Of a stretch of DNA of 64,000 nucleotides, positions 53,198 to 64,000 are shown piece by piece. Both the position numbers and the translations under genes were made by a program. The notes under the pieces are model-generated. The model had not been told where the DNA came from. It was given only the letters and a program-made list of their open reading frames with translations, and made no database searches. Within the stretch, counting starts at the first letter, position 1. Every line of letters starts with the position of its first letter. Origin of the DNA: Balamuthia mandrillaris (lineage: Eukaryota); assembly GCA_031835245.2 (NCBI GenBank), contig JAVKOQ020000062.1:1-64000 (forward strand). The letters run 5' to 3'.

Positions 53198-54593
53198 ATG
53201 CAGCAAGGCGGCAGCGGAGGAGGAGGTGGTGGCAGCTACTCGCAACCTCCCTATGGGAGCTTTCAAGGTTCGTCCTGTGCAAGTTGGTTGTTCTCGTTGT
53301 GGTGAATTCGCTTGATGTTACTCACTAACATAGTTTTCATTCTTTCATCTCGTCAACAAAACAAAACAAAGGCCAACAGCAGCAGTACTATGGAGGTGGG
53401 GGAGGAGGCCCAAGCAGTGGTGGCTTCCACCCTTACCCTCCCTCCCAGCAGCAACAATATCCTCCCCCTTCCACGGGTGGTACTCCTTACAACAACTATC
53501 CACCCAGTCGTCCGCCTGCCTCTTCGGGTGGTGGAGGTGCACCCCCCTTCTACCCTCAACAACAGCAACAGTTTTATGGGGGAGGTAGTGGAAGCGGTGG
53601 TGGTGGTGGTGGGGGCTATCATCCTCCTCAGCAGCAGCAGTATTATGGAGGTGGGGGAGGAGGTGGCTATTACCCATACATGCAGCAGCAGCAACCTAGT
53701 GTTATTCCCAAGCCGAGTACAGGCACCGAAGGTTGGGTACGTCTAAACCTCCTTCCTCTTCCTCTCTTCCTCTTCGTTTCTGTCATTGCTTTTGCTTTCT
53801 AGTTCTGCTTGTCTGTTTTTTATTTCGGACGTCTAAACTTCTTCACTGCTGCACTCTTTGTTGTAAAAGCTATCTTATTATGGGCAGCCAAGCTCTGATG
53901 AAATGATGATGCTGAGAGAATGGTTCAACGCGGTGGACCAGGACCGCTCTGGTTCTATAGATGCGACTGAGCTGCAGCGCGCTCTTGCTGCTGGGGGTGA
54001 TAAATTCGACACTCATGCCGGTAATATTCTTGTTTTTCTTTATGTCGTTTTCTTTTTCTTTTCTTTCTTTTTTGTCTATCCTAACCTTCCAACTTCCCAA
54101 AACAAAAGTTCGTCAAATGGTCGCTATGTTTGATGCAGATGGGAATGGAAACATTGACTTGAGTGGTACCTCTTGTTTCTTTTTCATACCTTTTATTTTT
54201 CGCTTTTTGCTTAACGTAGATTCCTCATGGGTTGTTTTTTTTTAAAAAAAAATAGAGTTTGTATCTCTCTTTCGGTACATAGGAGCAATTCGACATTCCT
54301 TCGACACGTTCGACCAACGGCGCAAGGGATCCTTAGACGTGAATGAAACTGCACAAGCTATTGCTCGTGCCAATTTTAATCTTCCTCAAGTCACTCTGGT
54401 GACAGCTTTTCAAAAGTTCGACAAGGAAAGAAAGGGCAGCTTGACTTTTGCTCAGTACTTGGAAATGGCGATGTGGTTAGGCACCATTCGTTCTCACTTT
54501 GAGAGGCTGGATCGACAACGGAGCGGCAGCCTTCATCTGGGATTGGATGGCTTCACTGCTCTTCTTGCTGGTATATATCAGCCTTTGTTGTAA
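53198..54593 (+). CDS. Penta-EF-hand protein (peflin/ALG-2-like) with Gly/Pro/Tyr/Gln-rich N-terminus, multi-exon
   Basis: LREWFNAVDQDRSGSIDATELQRAL, MFDADGNGNIDLSEF, FDTFDQRRKGSLDVNE, FDKERKGSLTFAQY and LDRQRSGSLHL. The N-terminus is low-complexity QYYGGGGGG...YPPP. Confidence 0.9.
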
Positions 54594-54780
54594 TTTTCCG
54601 GTCTCTCGCTCCTTTCTCCACTCGTCAATTATAGCGCCTAGAAACACACTACACGGGTTTTACCACATTGGACTTTTTAAAGAAAAATTACAAAAGCAAT
54701 AAACAGACAAAACAATCATTCCGTTCAAGAGAAAGAGAGAGAGAGGAGAGAGAGAGGAGAGAGAGAAAGAGAGCAAAGAG

Positions 54781-55855
54781 TTAAGAATAATACTCAGGAG
54801 GAACGATACTATCGGGAATGTCCACATCATTGCGACGAGCGTCGTTGCAGAACTCGATCCACTGGCGATTAAGTAGATTCTTGCTTTGTTTGAACTTTTG
54901 CTCCGTTTCGGCATATTTGTGAGCAAAGCCTTGTTGCTCATATATATGCATGCGTGCTTCTTCGTAAGATTGATGCGCTGCCTCCACTTGTTCATCTAGT
55001 TTGTTTTCAGCATCATGGCATTTCGAAGATGAGAAAAAAAAGGCAAAGAAGAAAGGAGAATCTTTATCCTAACCTCGTTGCTTGGACTTGATGCCCAAGG
55101 CAATGGCATTTTCAGCGTGCTTGTACTTGTAGAGCTCTTCCTCCTTTCTTCTTTTCTTGTCATACTTGGCCCTAATCTCGTCCTTTCTGCGCTGCTTCTC
55201 TCCTGGAGAGAGATTGAGGCGATCGATGGAGGATACTTCGGTGACTTCCTTCTTTTGCAGTTTGGCTCGCTTCTCTTCGAGATTCTTTTGATACTCCCGT
55301 GCGAGTCTCACTTCAGCAGACAAGTTAAACATGCTGTATGCATTATTGATCACTTTGTCTCTCCGTTCCTCCGCTGAATCATCACATCATCAGTGTTTTT
55401 TCGTTGGCAAATCGCATCAGCAGAGAACAACAGCATAAAAAATAAAACAACAGTTTAAACGAAAACACAAACCTTCTTTCAAAAGACCACGAAGCTGTCC
55501 ATCAACACCGGCTCTATCAGCACGGTACTCTGCCTCGGCGGAGCGATAGCTAGCCCTCAAAGAGGATAACTGTTGCATTTCCTTATGAGTGAAGAGCTTA
55601 ATGCTGGTAAGCTCTCTGTAGTCCCATTCCTTGTTGGCCACGAAAGAGATCGGTTCTTTTTCGTGGAGATTGGCTTGACGGAAGAACTTATCGCGCATTT
55701 CTCGTCGTGTCATGAAGTTGCAACATTTGCTCAGCCCATGTTTGCCCACCAGCTCGGAGAAGCTCAGCCCTATTCCTTCATCACTGGTTGTTTATTAATT
55801 CCACAAATAGATAATGAGAAACCGAAACAGGAGGAAGGAGGGAGAGAGGGAGAGA

Positions 55856-55898
<43 letters not shown>

Positions 55899-56952
55899 AC
55901 GAATGAACAGCGAACCGCATATCGGCCCATTGATCCACAGTGAGGTAACTGCCCCAACTGATCAACGAGTACAAGCCAACCACAATGCTGGCCGGTACGG
56001 AGCAAACAAGAGCCACAAACTTGGCAACCTCCTCCCAGTTTGTGGGAGCATTGGCACCGGGCTGCACGAAACACACTTCATACTGGCCATAGGCAGCCCA
56101 TGCAGCCCATCCACTAGCCAACAGGAGTACCGCTCCTGCCAGCTTGTATAGCCAATACTTAAGGCGTTGCCAGAAAGAGGGCACCGCCACTATGACTGGC
56201 TTTTCTTCGTCCAGTATTGCCCATTGCCTCCCTCTCTTTTGTTCTTGTCTCACTGTTGTTATGGTAAAATGAGCAAAACAAAGACAAGAAGTAGTAGTCT
56301 CGAAGCAGAGAAGTAGTGAAGATAAAAGCGACCAAAGGATAAGAAGTGTGGAGAGGAGAGAGGAGAGAAGAAAGGACAGAGAGCAAGAAAACGAGAGAAA
56401 TATACCTCTGAAGAAAAGGCAAGGATCAGAGGAAGCAATAGTGCCACTCTTCCACAAGAGAGGCAGGCGCGTGAGCAACACGGCTGACGTCAAAGGCACC
56501 AATGAAGACCCAGCGACATTCGAAGAACAGCGTGCAGAAACATGATGTTTACCTCCTAAAGAAGAACGAGCTGTTGCTGTCAAAGAAGTGGTCAGGGAAC
56601 GATTTTGGGGAGTAAGCCTCATCAAAGTTTGGCGGCGACCAGAGGAAAAAGCTGAGAGAGGCGTGTTGTTGTTTCTGGCAGAAGCGTTCCAGAGGTGTCT
56701 TTTGCCGATGGTTGATGAGGTGTTGAGGAACGTTGTGGAAAGGGAAGCCTGTCTCCATCTGTTGTTGTGTGCAAAAAAAAAGTTCAGTCCGACAATGAAA
56801 GAAAGCAAGCGAGATGGAAGTGGTTACGAGTGGCCTAAAGAGGGAGAGGAAGATCTCCACGACGCTGTGAGCAACAGCGCACCATCGGCAAAGCCCTTCC
56901 TAGCGGTGGCTGATGCAGTGGTAGGGGTAAAGATGCTTCGTCGCATCATCAT
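54781..56952 (-). CDS. Hypothetical membrane protein (two TM segments, charged helical C-terminus, possible mitochondrial presequence), multi-exon
   Basis: R/S/T-rich N-terminus MMMRRSIFTPTTASATARK, hydrophobic segments at 55960-56150, and a series of minus-strand exons bounded by GT-AG that ends PPEYYS*. Confidence 0.6.
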
Positions 56953-57222
56953 GGCCAAGTAGCAGTAGTGCAGGAAACAGCTTTGGTGCCTTTGCCCAAT
57001 CACGCCTTTTATCGCTGCAGGCGAGCGAGCGGAAAAGTTATCACTGAACGCGATAAATTAATTTTTTTGTCGATAAATTATCAATAAAATAATAATAATA
57101 ATAATCTTTTGCATGCATGGAAAACTCCTTTTCGTTGGTTGTCGACAGAAACGACATAATAATGCAATGATGAACGGCAGAAAAGCAGCAGCTACAAAAC
57201 AACGCCTTGGGATAAAAACGGC

Positions 57223-57998
57223 ATGAAGCAGGGACCTACCAAGAGGAAAAGGACGGAGGGTGAGGCTCCTGACGAAGAGAAACCGGAGGAAGAGAAGAGC
57301 TCTGCGGGAGCGTCCTCGTCGGAGCAGCAGAGCGGTGGTGTTGGGAGCGAAAGCGTCTTGGAGAGCTGGAAGAGCGACACGTCGTCCCTCCTTTTGTGGA
57401 GGAAATTGCTGGCGGAGAACCCCGATTGTGTTGATGAGGACAGTTTGTTGCGCAACGGCATGAACGCCAATGGTTCACTTTTTCTTCCCTTCTTCATAAT
57501 CTTTGCCCCTAACCAAACCTCGCCAACACAACAAACAAAACACCAGGTTGGGCTGAAGACTGTGACATGCAAGTGCCTCTCCCGAACTTACTTCCAGTGA
57601 TCCAACAGGTGGCAGCCCTCTTGGCCGACAAAGACGACGTCTGGCAGCTGGTCCACCAGCCCTCCTCCTACAACCAAGAAGAAGAGCAGGGACGCCACCC
57701 AATCGTTGAGGGCATCTTTGCCTATCGCTCCCAAAAGGGGGCTCGGCTGATGTTCCGCAGCGCAGGCGCCTCCTTTGTGGCCCTTGAGCACAAGAAGGAG
57801 AGGGCTGGCGAAGACGATATATCTGTGGTTGTGGGCCAGGCTGGAGGTCATCCCTTCATTCACTCCCAACTCTTTGAGTATTCCAACAGCGATGGAAGCA
57901 GCAGCGAAGGTTTCATGCCTCGTCGTATAACCGCACACAGTGTGCTCATCATGCTGTTGGAACGTTTATGGCATCATGCTGACGACATGGACCATTGA
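57223..57998 (+). CDS. Hypothetical protein, two exons (intron ~57473-57546), basic NLS-like N-terminus
   Basis: MKQGPTKRKRTE...NGMNAN spliced to ...DMQVPLPNLLPVIQQV...LWHHADDMDH*. No family recognised. Confidence 0.55.
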
Positions 57999-58129
57999 AT
58001 GTTGCTTGTGCTATGCAGATAGCTGCTTTGTGTTTCCCACTTCACGCATTCAAAATAAAATGCTTACTCGGCTGCGTTCTTTCTTTGCCTTTCCGTTTTG
58101 TCTCGTGTTGCTTTACGTACTGGCTTCAG

Positions 58130-58365
58130 AGGAGGGAGGGAGAGAGAAGAGAAGAGAAGAGAAGAGAAGAGAAGAGAAGAGAAGAGAAGAGAAGAGAAAG
58201 AAGAGAAAGAGAAGAGAAAGAAGAGAAGAAGAGAAGAAAGAGAAGAGAAAGAGAGAAGAGAAGAGAAGAGAAGAGAAGAGAAGAGAAGAGAAGAGAAGAG
58301 AAGAGAACGATGAAGAGAAGAGAAGAGAAGAGAAGAGAACGATGAAGAGAATGACGAAGAGAGGA
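58130..58365. repeat. Polypurine (AGAAG)n tract; similar R/Y tracts at 30650-30870, 47988-48180, 61085-61225 and 63425-63772
   Basis: Almost pure purine or pyrimidine strands. Confidence 0.95.
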
Positions 58366-58487
58366 GGGGTGCCAAACTCTTTTAAAAACTTGCTTGTCTT
58401 GCCTGAGCTCTCAGCTCTGCAAACGTGTTGACGAAAACTTGAAATATAAGACAAAGAGTTGAACAACAAATAAGCACAGCGCAGGAG

Positions 58488-60225
58488 CTATTTCTTGTTC
58501 TTATGGCCTCTGGTGGAGAGATACCACTGGAAAGTCTTTCGCATGCCCTCCTCGATGTCCGTCGATGGAGAGTAGTCTAACAGACGACGGCTCTTCTGCA
58601 GGTCAGCAAAGGTAAGGGGCACATCCCCTGGTTGCAGCGGCTTCTCCTCGATGAGGGCTTTCTTGCCTGTGACCTCCTCCACCACCTCAATTAGTCGTTT
58701 TAGCTGAACCGTTTGAGAGTTGCCCAAGTTGAAAACTTCCATCTTCTTAAAGGGACGATCCAGCGATGCTAGTATACCCTGATGTTTTATGTTTAGAATG
58801 ATAAAGAAAGGAAGAGAGAGCGATGAGTTTACTTGGACGATATCGTCGATGTAGGTGTAGTCCCTGGCTGTGGTCCCATCCCCGAACCGGTGTATTTTCT
58901 CTCCTCTGATATCAAACATCAGCTTTAGAAAGAAAAGAGAGAGAAACAGTGAGCAGACAAGAACCTATAAACTCGATCCAAAAAAATAAAAGGAGCCATG
59001 TCAGGCCGTCCGCGTGGTCCATACACAGTGAAGAACCGCAAGCCGGCCATGGGAATGCCGTATAGATGATTGTATGTGCTTGCTATCAGCTCTGTCGCCT
59101 ATTTTGTGGTTAAGAAATGAATACCAAAAGCAAGTGGAGAGAAAGAAAAAGCAAAGAAACAACAAGACTCCATGCAAAGTTCATCAAAAAAGAGTTATGT
59201 ACAAACCTTTTTTGTGGCAGCATAAGGGCTGACAGGATTGTCAACGGGGTCTTCCTCGGCAAAAGGTACCTTGGTGTTGCCGCCATAGACCGAACTGCTG
59301 GATGCGTACACAAAGTTCGTCACATTCCAATCTCTTGCCATGTCTAACATCACCAATGTACCTTAATGAGAAAACCGTAAGTGCCGAGACGCAAGAAGAG
59401 GGAGAGAGACACAGACAGCGAGAGACATAGAGAAACAGAGGGAGAGGGAGAGAGAGAGAGAAATCGAAGCAAGTACAACACGAACGGAACGAAAGAAAGA
59501 GTAACAATGAAAAAGAGCATAAGAACACCTTGAACGTTGGAATGAACGTAGATATCAGGGTCCTCGATGGAAGGCCGAACGCCAGCTCTCGCCGCCAAAT
59601 GGCAAATGTGAGTGATAGGAAAACCGCTGTTGGCCTCTTCCGCAAAGACACCAGCGATGGCCTCTCTATCGCAAATGTCAAAGCGGTGAATGCGTAGCCG
59701 AGGAGGTGGCACCCCTGCAGCGGGTGTTTTGGCCAAATTCTTTGTCCTTGCGCCTGCTGCTCCTCCAGTTTCTTGCGGTAGTCGTCGGAGAGCTTCTTCC
59801 TCTTTTTGCTGAACAAACTCTTGCAGCAATCGGAGGTTGGCTTCCTTTTGAGAGACGTCATAATAGTTGTTCACCTCGTCCACTATGATCACGTCGTCCC
59901 CTCTGCTCAGCAGAGCGAGTGCAGTGTGGCTGCCGATGAAGCCCGCTCCTCCCGTCAACAACACCTTTTGTTTGACGTGGTGCCGAGGAGGAGCTGAAGA
60001 GGGATTGAAAGCAGCACTAGGCGGCACGATCAACCGGTAGAGGGCAAAGACAAAGACAAGAGCGAAAAGGGCCAGCAGCGACTGTTTGGTTCGTGGAGAG
60101 AGGCCTTGCCACCATGAAGGCCGCGGCTGAGGAGTTGCGAGAGAACCCCATGCCGCTGCGCTGACTCCACTCCCTCCTCCACCTCCTCTGATCCCACCAA
60201 ACTGTTGCCCTCCTCTGCTCAACAT
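58488..60225 (-). CDS. UDP-glucuronate 4-epimerase-like extended SDR with N-terminal signal anchor, multi-exon
   Basis: [96 protein letters not shown] and [13 protein letters not shown] segment [19 protein letters not shown]. Confidence 0.9.
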
Positions 60226-60596
60226 TTTTTGGGAGGCGAGGGAGTGAGGGTGAGCGCGTCACTTGGTGAAGCGAGGCTCTTTGGACAAAAAAAATAAATA
60301 AAGAAAGCAACAAAAAGAAAGAAAGAAGGAAAGAAAGAGAAAGAAAGAGGAAGAAAGAAGAACGAAAGTGACCACCCTGCAGGTGGTGACTGTGATGGTG
60401 GCCGTCTGTCTGGCTTGTCTTTTTTCGGCCACCTTTGGGAAGGCGCAAAACGCAGGAGTTTTCCGATTGATTAAAAAAGGCTAAATAGTTAAAATTATCG
60501 CCGATAATTGGCGACAAACGGATGAAATAATTTACGTTTTAAAAACGGCCGATGACCAATCGACGATTATCCAAAATATTTTTTAAATAAATAAAA

Positions 60597-61767
60597 ATGG
60601 AAGGAGGAGGAGAGCAGCGGTCCCATGCGGACCAAGTGGAGGCGAGTCTACGTCGAGGCTCACGGTCTGCAGGGCCCAGCAAAGAAACGACAAAGTCAGA
60701 AGCAGAGGAGGAGGAAGAGGCAGAAGACGAAGACGACGAAGCAAAGAGGAAAAATGTAGCAGCATTGCTGTCGAAGCTGTCCCAGGACCATTCAAAAACA
60801 GTGGTGCTGGTGGACATGGACAACACGCTGTGTCGCTACAACGAGGCCATGATCGCTGCCTATGAGGCCAAGTTTCAACCTTCCAAGCGCAGGTTCGTTT
60901 ATTTTCTTTTGCAGTTGTTTATTCAACCCACGGACTGACTACTGTTTCGAAGGAACGCAGATTCGCTACGGTTTGTTGAGCTCAAACACAACTACCCCTT
61001 CAAGGAACGAGTGCTTGTGCAACAAGTTGAAAACGAGGTTCTCTCTTTTCTCGTGCTCTCATTCTTTTGGTTCTCCATTCCTCTGTTCTCTTCTTGTTCT
61101 TCTTGTTCTTGTTCTTCTTCTTCTTCTTCTTCTTCTTCTTCTTGTTCTTCTTCTTCTTCTTCTTCTTCTTCTTCTTCTTCTTCTTCTTCTTCTTCTTCTT
61201 CTTCTTCTTCTCCTTTTCCTTCTCCGTCCTCTTGTTTATCTCACTCTTCATTCGAACGTCAGTCAGGAATGATAGCGTCGCTGCCAGTGATGGACGGAGC
61301 AGCTCGTGCTCTGAAGGAAATGAGAGCAATGGGATTTGATGTTCGGATTTGTTGTTCACTGCTGCCAAATCCACATGAACGGATTGAATGGATACGCAGA
61401 AACTTTCATACCCCTGGTAACGTCCTTGCCTTCTTCTTGTTCATCCGCTTACATTATCTCCTTTTCTTCTTCCTTTCTTCTTCTCATTTTCATTCTCGTC
61501 TCCCCAATACTAGATTGGGAAGAACGACTCATCTTCACAAACGACAAAAGCATACTTCGAGGTGACATATTGATCGACGACGACCCCAACCCGATCATCC
61601 AGGCAAAGAAAGGCAGCGGCGGGAACAGCTTGGCTGCAGGTTGCATGACACCCAGTTGGCGGCACGTTGTTTTTGATCAATCGTATAACAGGCACTTGCC
61701 GCGGCAACCTCGTATCACTTCTTGGTTGAATTGGAAAGTTGAATTGGTGAGTTCTCCTTTTCTTTAA
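60597..61767 (+). CDS. 5'(3')-deoxyribonucleotidase (NT5C/NT5M family, HAD fold), multi-exon
   Basis: VVLVDMDNTL, LPVMDGAARALKEM...FDVRIC, WEERLIFTNDKSILRGDILIDDDP and PSWRHVVFDQSYNRHL...RITSW. Confidence 0.9.
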
Positions 61768-61995
61768 TAAGCTGCTAGAATCCAGATATCTTATCTTTTC
61801 ATGCGAAAAAGGGATTGGATGAATTGTCTACAACTAACAACTTGATGACTGAACTACAATATTTCACACACGGCTCTACCGATTCTAGAGATTTAGATAG
61901 GTAAGTAAACTGATCTATCTTTGACTGTGCCCGTTTGCATATTGGCGAAAATGTTCGTTTCTTTATCCTTAATGTCTGAATATTGTTCAAAGGTA

Positions 61996-63393
61996 TTATG
62001 TGTTTCCTTTCATACCAGAGAAACGAGTGTGCTATGTTTTTTGCAGCGGAACTGGCAAAGAAGACCGTAACATAATCGTATTAGAAAATGGCATTATCTG
62101 TTGGACTCACAAAGGTCACCATGATGAATGCAACAACGTACTTCGTCTTTCGCGCTCTTCCTCTTTCTCTCTCCCTCTCTTTCGTCTCTTATCTGCCACA
62201 TTTGTCTAATATGTATCCCTATATGTTTTAGGACTTGGTACAAACATACGGGCTTCATCCGCAAGACTTTCCTTGTCCCATACAGAGCAAGGTCGTTAGG
62301 AACGTTGTGCTCAAAGTTATGGTAACCATCCGCAAAGTGGCAGCTTTGTACTATTGCGACAACAAGACGGCCATAAAGCAGCTCAAAGGCACCGACTTTA
62401 ACGTGCGAAGGAAGTTAGCCTCCGAAGCTGATTTACGACGAGTTGATCACCTTGACGCTGATGATCTGAAGCTGTTGGCCACACAGATGGCTATGTCTTG
62501 TTGCCTTGCCTTTCTGGGCAAAGAAGTTTATACAAAACAGGTACCTTTTGTATTTGTACTTGTTTGCTATTTGTTTTGAATCCATTTCGGTTTCGGTTTG
62601 TTCCTTCCTGAAAGAGACACTGATTTTTTTGTCTGATTACAGGAAATAGTTAGCATATATCCAGAACTCAGATCGTTTATTTATCGGCACGAGGACGCCA
62701 GAGAACAAAGCAATCTGAAACATCTACAGGCCATGAAAAACCGTTTGTTGGACATAATGAAAGTAAGTCCCTTTTCCATAAAAGCCAAAAATAATGAAGA
62801 TCCAGAAAAAAAGAAAAAAGAGATAATAACAAAAGATAAACGAAAACAATGCATAGGAAGTGGACTCAACAGAACAAAAAGACGGAATGGTGCTATTCAA
62901 GCTGCGAGACAAACATGACCTTAAAGATGCACAGTGGAATCATTGCATGGCACAATGCAGAGGTATGATCTGCGATACTCACCTGGAGCACTGTATCTTG
63001 TACGTCTACACCGTTTTGTCATTTCTCATTTGGTTTAATCCTTCAACAAAAATAACGTGATTTATGCGCCACAGTTATGGATTGGATCACGTGGAAGAAA
63101 TGGAGTTGCTTGACGAGCCTACTTGGCCACGATATCCCTCTGTTATTCCTGAAGAGAAAAAAGAGGAGAGTCTCTATTATTACGCATTCCAACGAGAGGG
63201 TAGAGTCTACATCGTTAGGGAGGACTGCTTTTTAGAGGACTCTACATTATCGGCGTTGCTCACTCGTAACCAAGAACTATTGGATTCGTTGGATTGGGAG
63301 CACTACCACCACATCTTCCGGTTAGACCAAACCACAGGAAGGTTATGCCTTGTTTCTAAGCGGCATCGCCATTCTGGCAGATTCTTGTCTTGA
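61996..63393 (+). CDS. Hypothetical multi-exon protein (start uncertain, possibly further upstream near 61801)
   Basis: Consecutive + strand exon-like segments (~62019-62137, 62232-62540, 62643-62763, 62857-62962, 63074-63393) bounded by GT/AG with pyrimidine-rich introns. No family recognised. Confidence 0.5.
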
Positions 63394-64000
63394 AACTTCC
63401 TCTTCGTCATGACACAGGTTTGTCCTCTTTTCTCTCCTCTCTTCCCTACTCTTTTCTCGTTCTCCTCTCTGCCCTGCTCTCTCCTCTTCCTCTTTCCCTC
63501 TCCCTCTCTCCTCTCCTCTCCTCTCCTCTCCTCTCTCTCCTCTCCTCTCCTCTCCTCTCCTCTCCTCTCCTCTCCTCTCCTCTCCTCTCCTCTCCTCTCC
63601 TCTCCTCTCTCCTCTCTCCTCTCTCTCCTCTCTCCTCTCTCCCTCTCTCCTCTCTCCTCTCTCCTCTCTCCTCTCTCCTCTCTCCTCTCTCCTCTCTCCT
63701 CTCTCCTCTCTCCTCTCTCCTCTCTCCTCTCTTCCCTACTCTTTCCTCTCTCCTCTCCTCTCTCCTCTCTCCTATGTACCTTAAAAATTTCGCGACGACA
63801 TGAAGTGGTTTATTGTGATCGAATCGAGGGTCCCCAATTTTCGGATTTAATAATGACGAATGATTGGTTGGTACGTTTAATTTACTATTTAAGGTATTTC
63901 ATTAATTAATCAGTGCGTGTCATTGGTTGTCACTTAATCAGTCGGTATGAGCTGAAAAAAAAAAATTGCGGCCGAACGGTTGTTTAAATTTTTCGTTTTG

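Noticed and set aside
57940..58469. REEKR / LFSSL repeat ORFs
   Set aside because: Intergenic polypurine microsatellite with no coding evidence.
63390..63909. SSPLL-repeat ORFs
   Set aside because: Polypyrimidine microsatellite.

Overview
Intron-rich eukaryotic genomic DNA with GT-AG introns often filled with microsatellites; an amoebozoan-type protist is my inference, not established. Two blocks of host genes flank a ~31 kb nested transposon island at ~14.1-45.4 kb. The left block holds a SZT2-like gene, an EF-hand/coiled-coil/tail-anchored protein and an intronless FAD oxidoreductase with a frameshift. The island holds: an AT-rich inverted-repeat DNA-transposon relic carrying a decayed DDE transposase and a divergent DNA-methyltransferase-like gene; a near-complete APE-RT LINE plus a 5'-truncated copy with TSD; a solo LTR; three families of Ty3/gypsy elements, two with chromodomain integrases and one nearly intact with asymmetric LTRs; a RAG1/Transib-like relic; and an intron-containing tyrosine recombinase apparently fused to a C-terminal Myb domain. 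The right block holds METAP1, an M16 metallopeptidase, a penta-EF-hand protein, a membrane-anchored UDP-glucuronate 4-epimerase, a 5'(3')-deoxyribonucleotidase and three unknown genes. The best candidates for something new are the YR-Myb element, the methyltransferase-like transposon cargo, the asymmetric PBS-less LTRs and the KASH5-like protein. All calls come from reading motifs by eye with no database searches, and exon boundaries are approximate.
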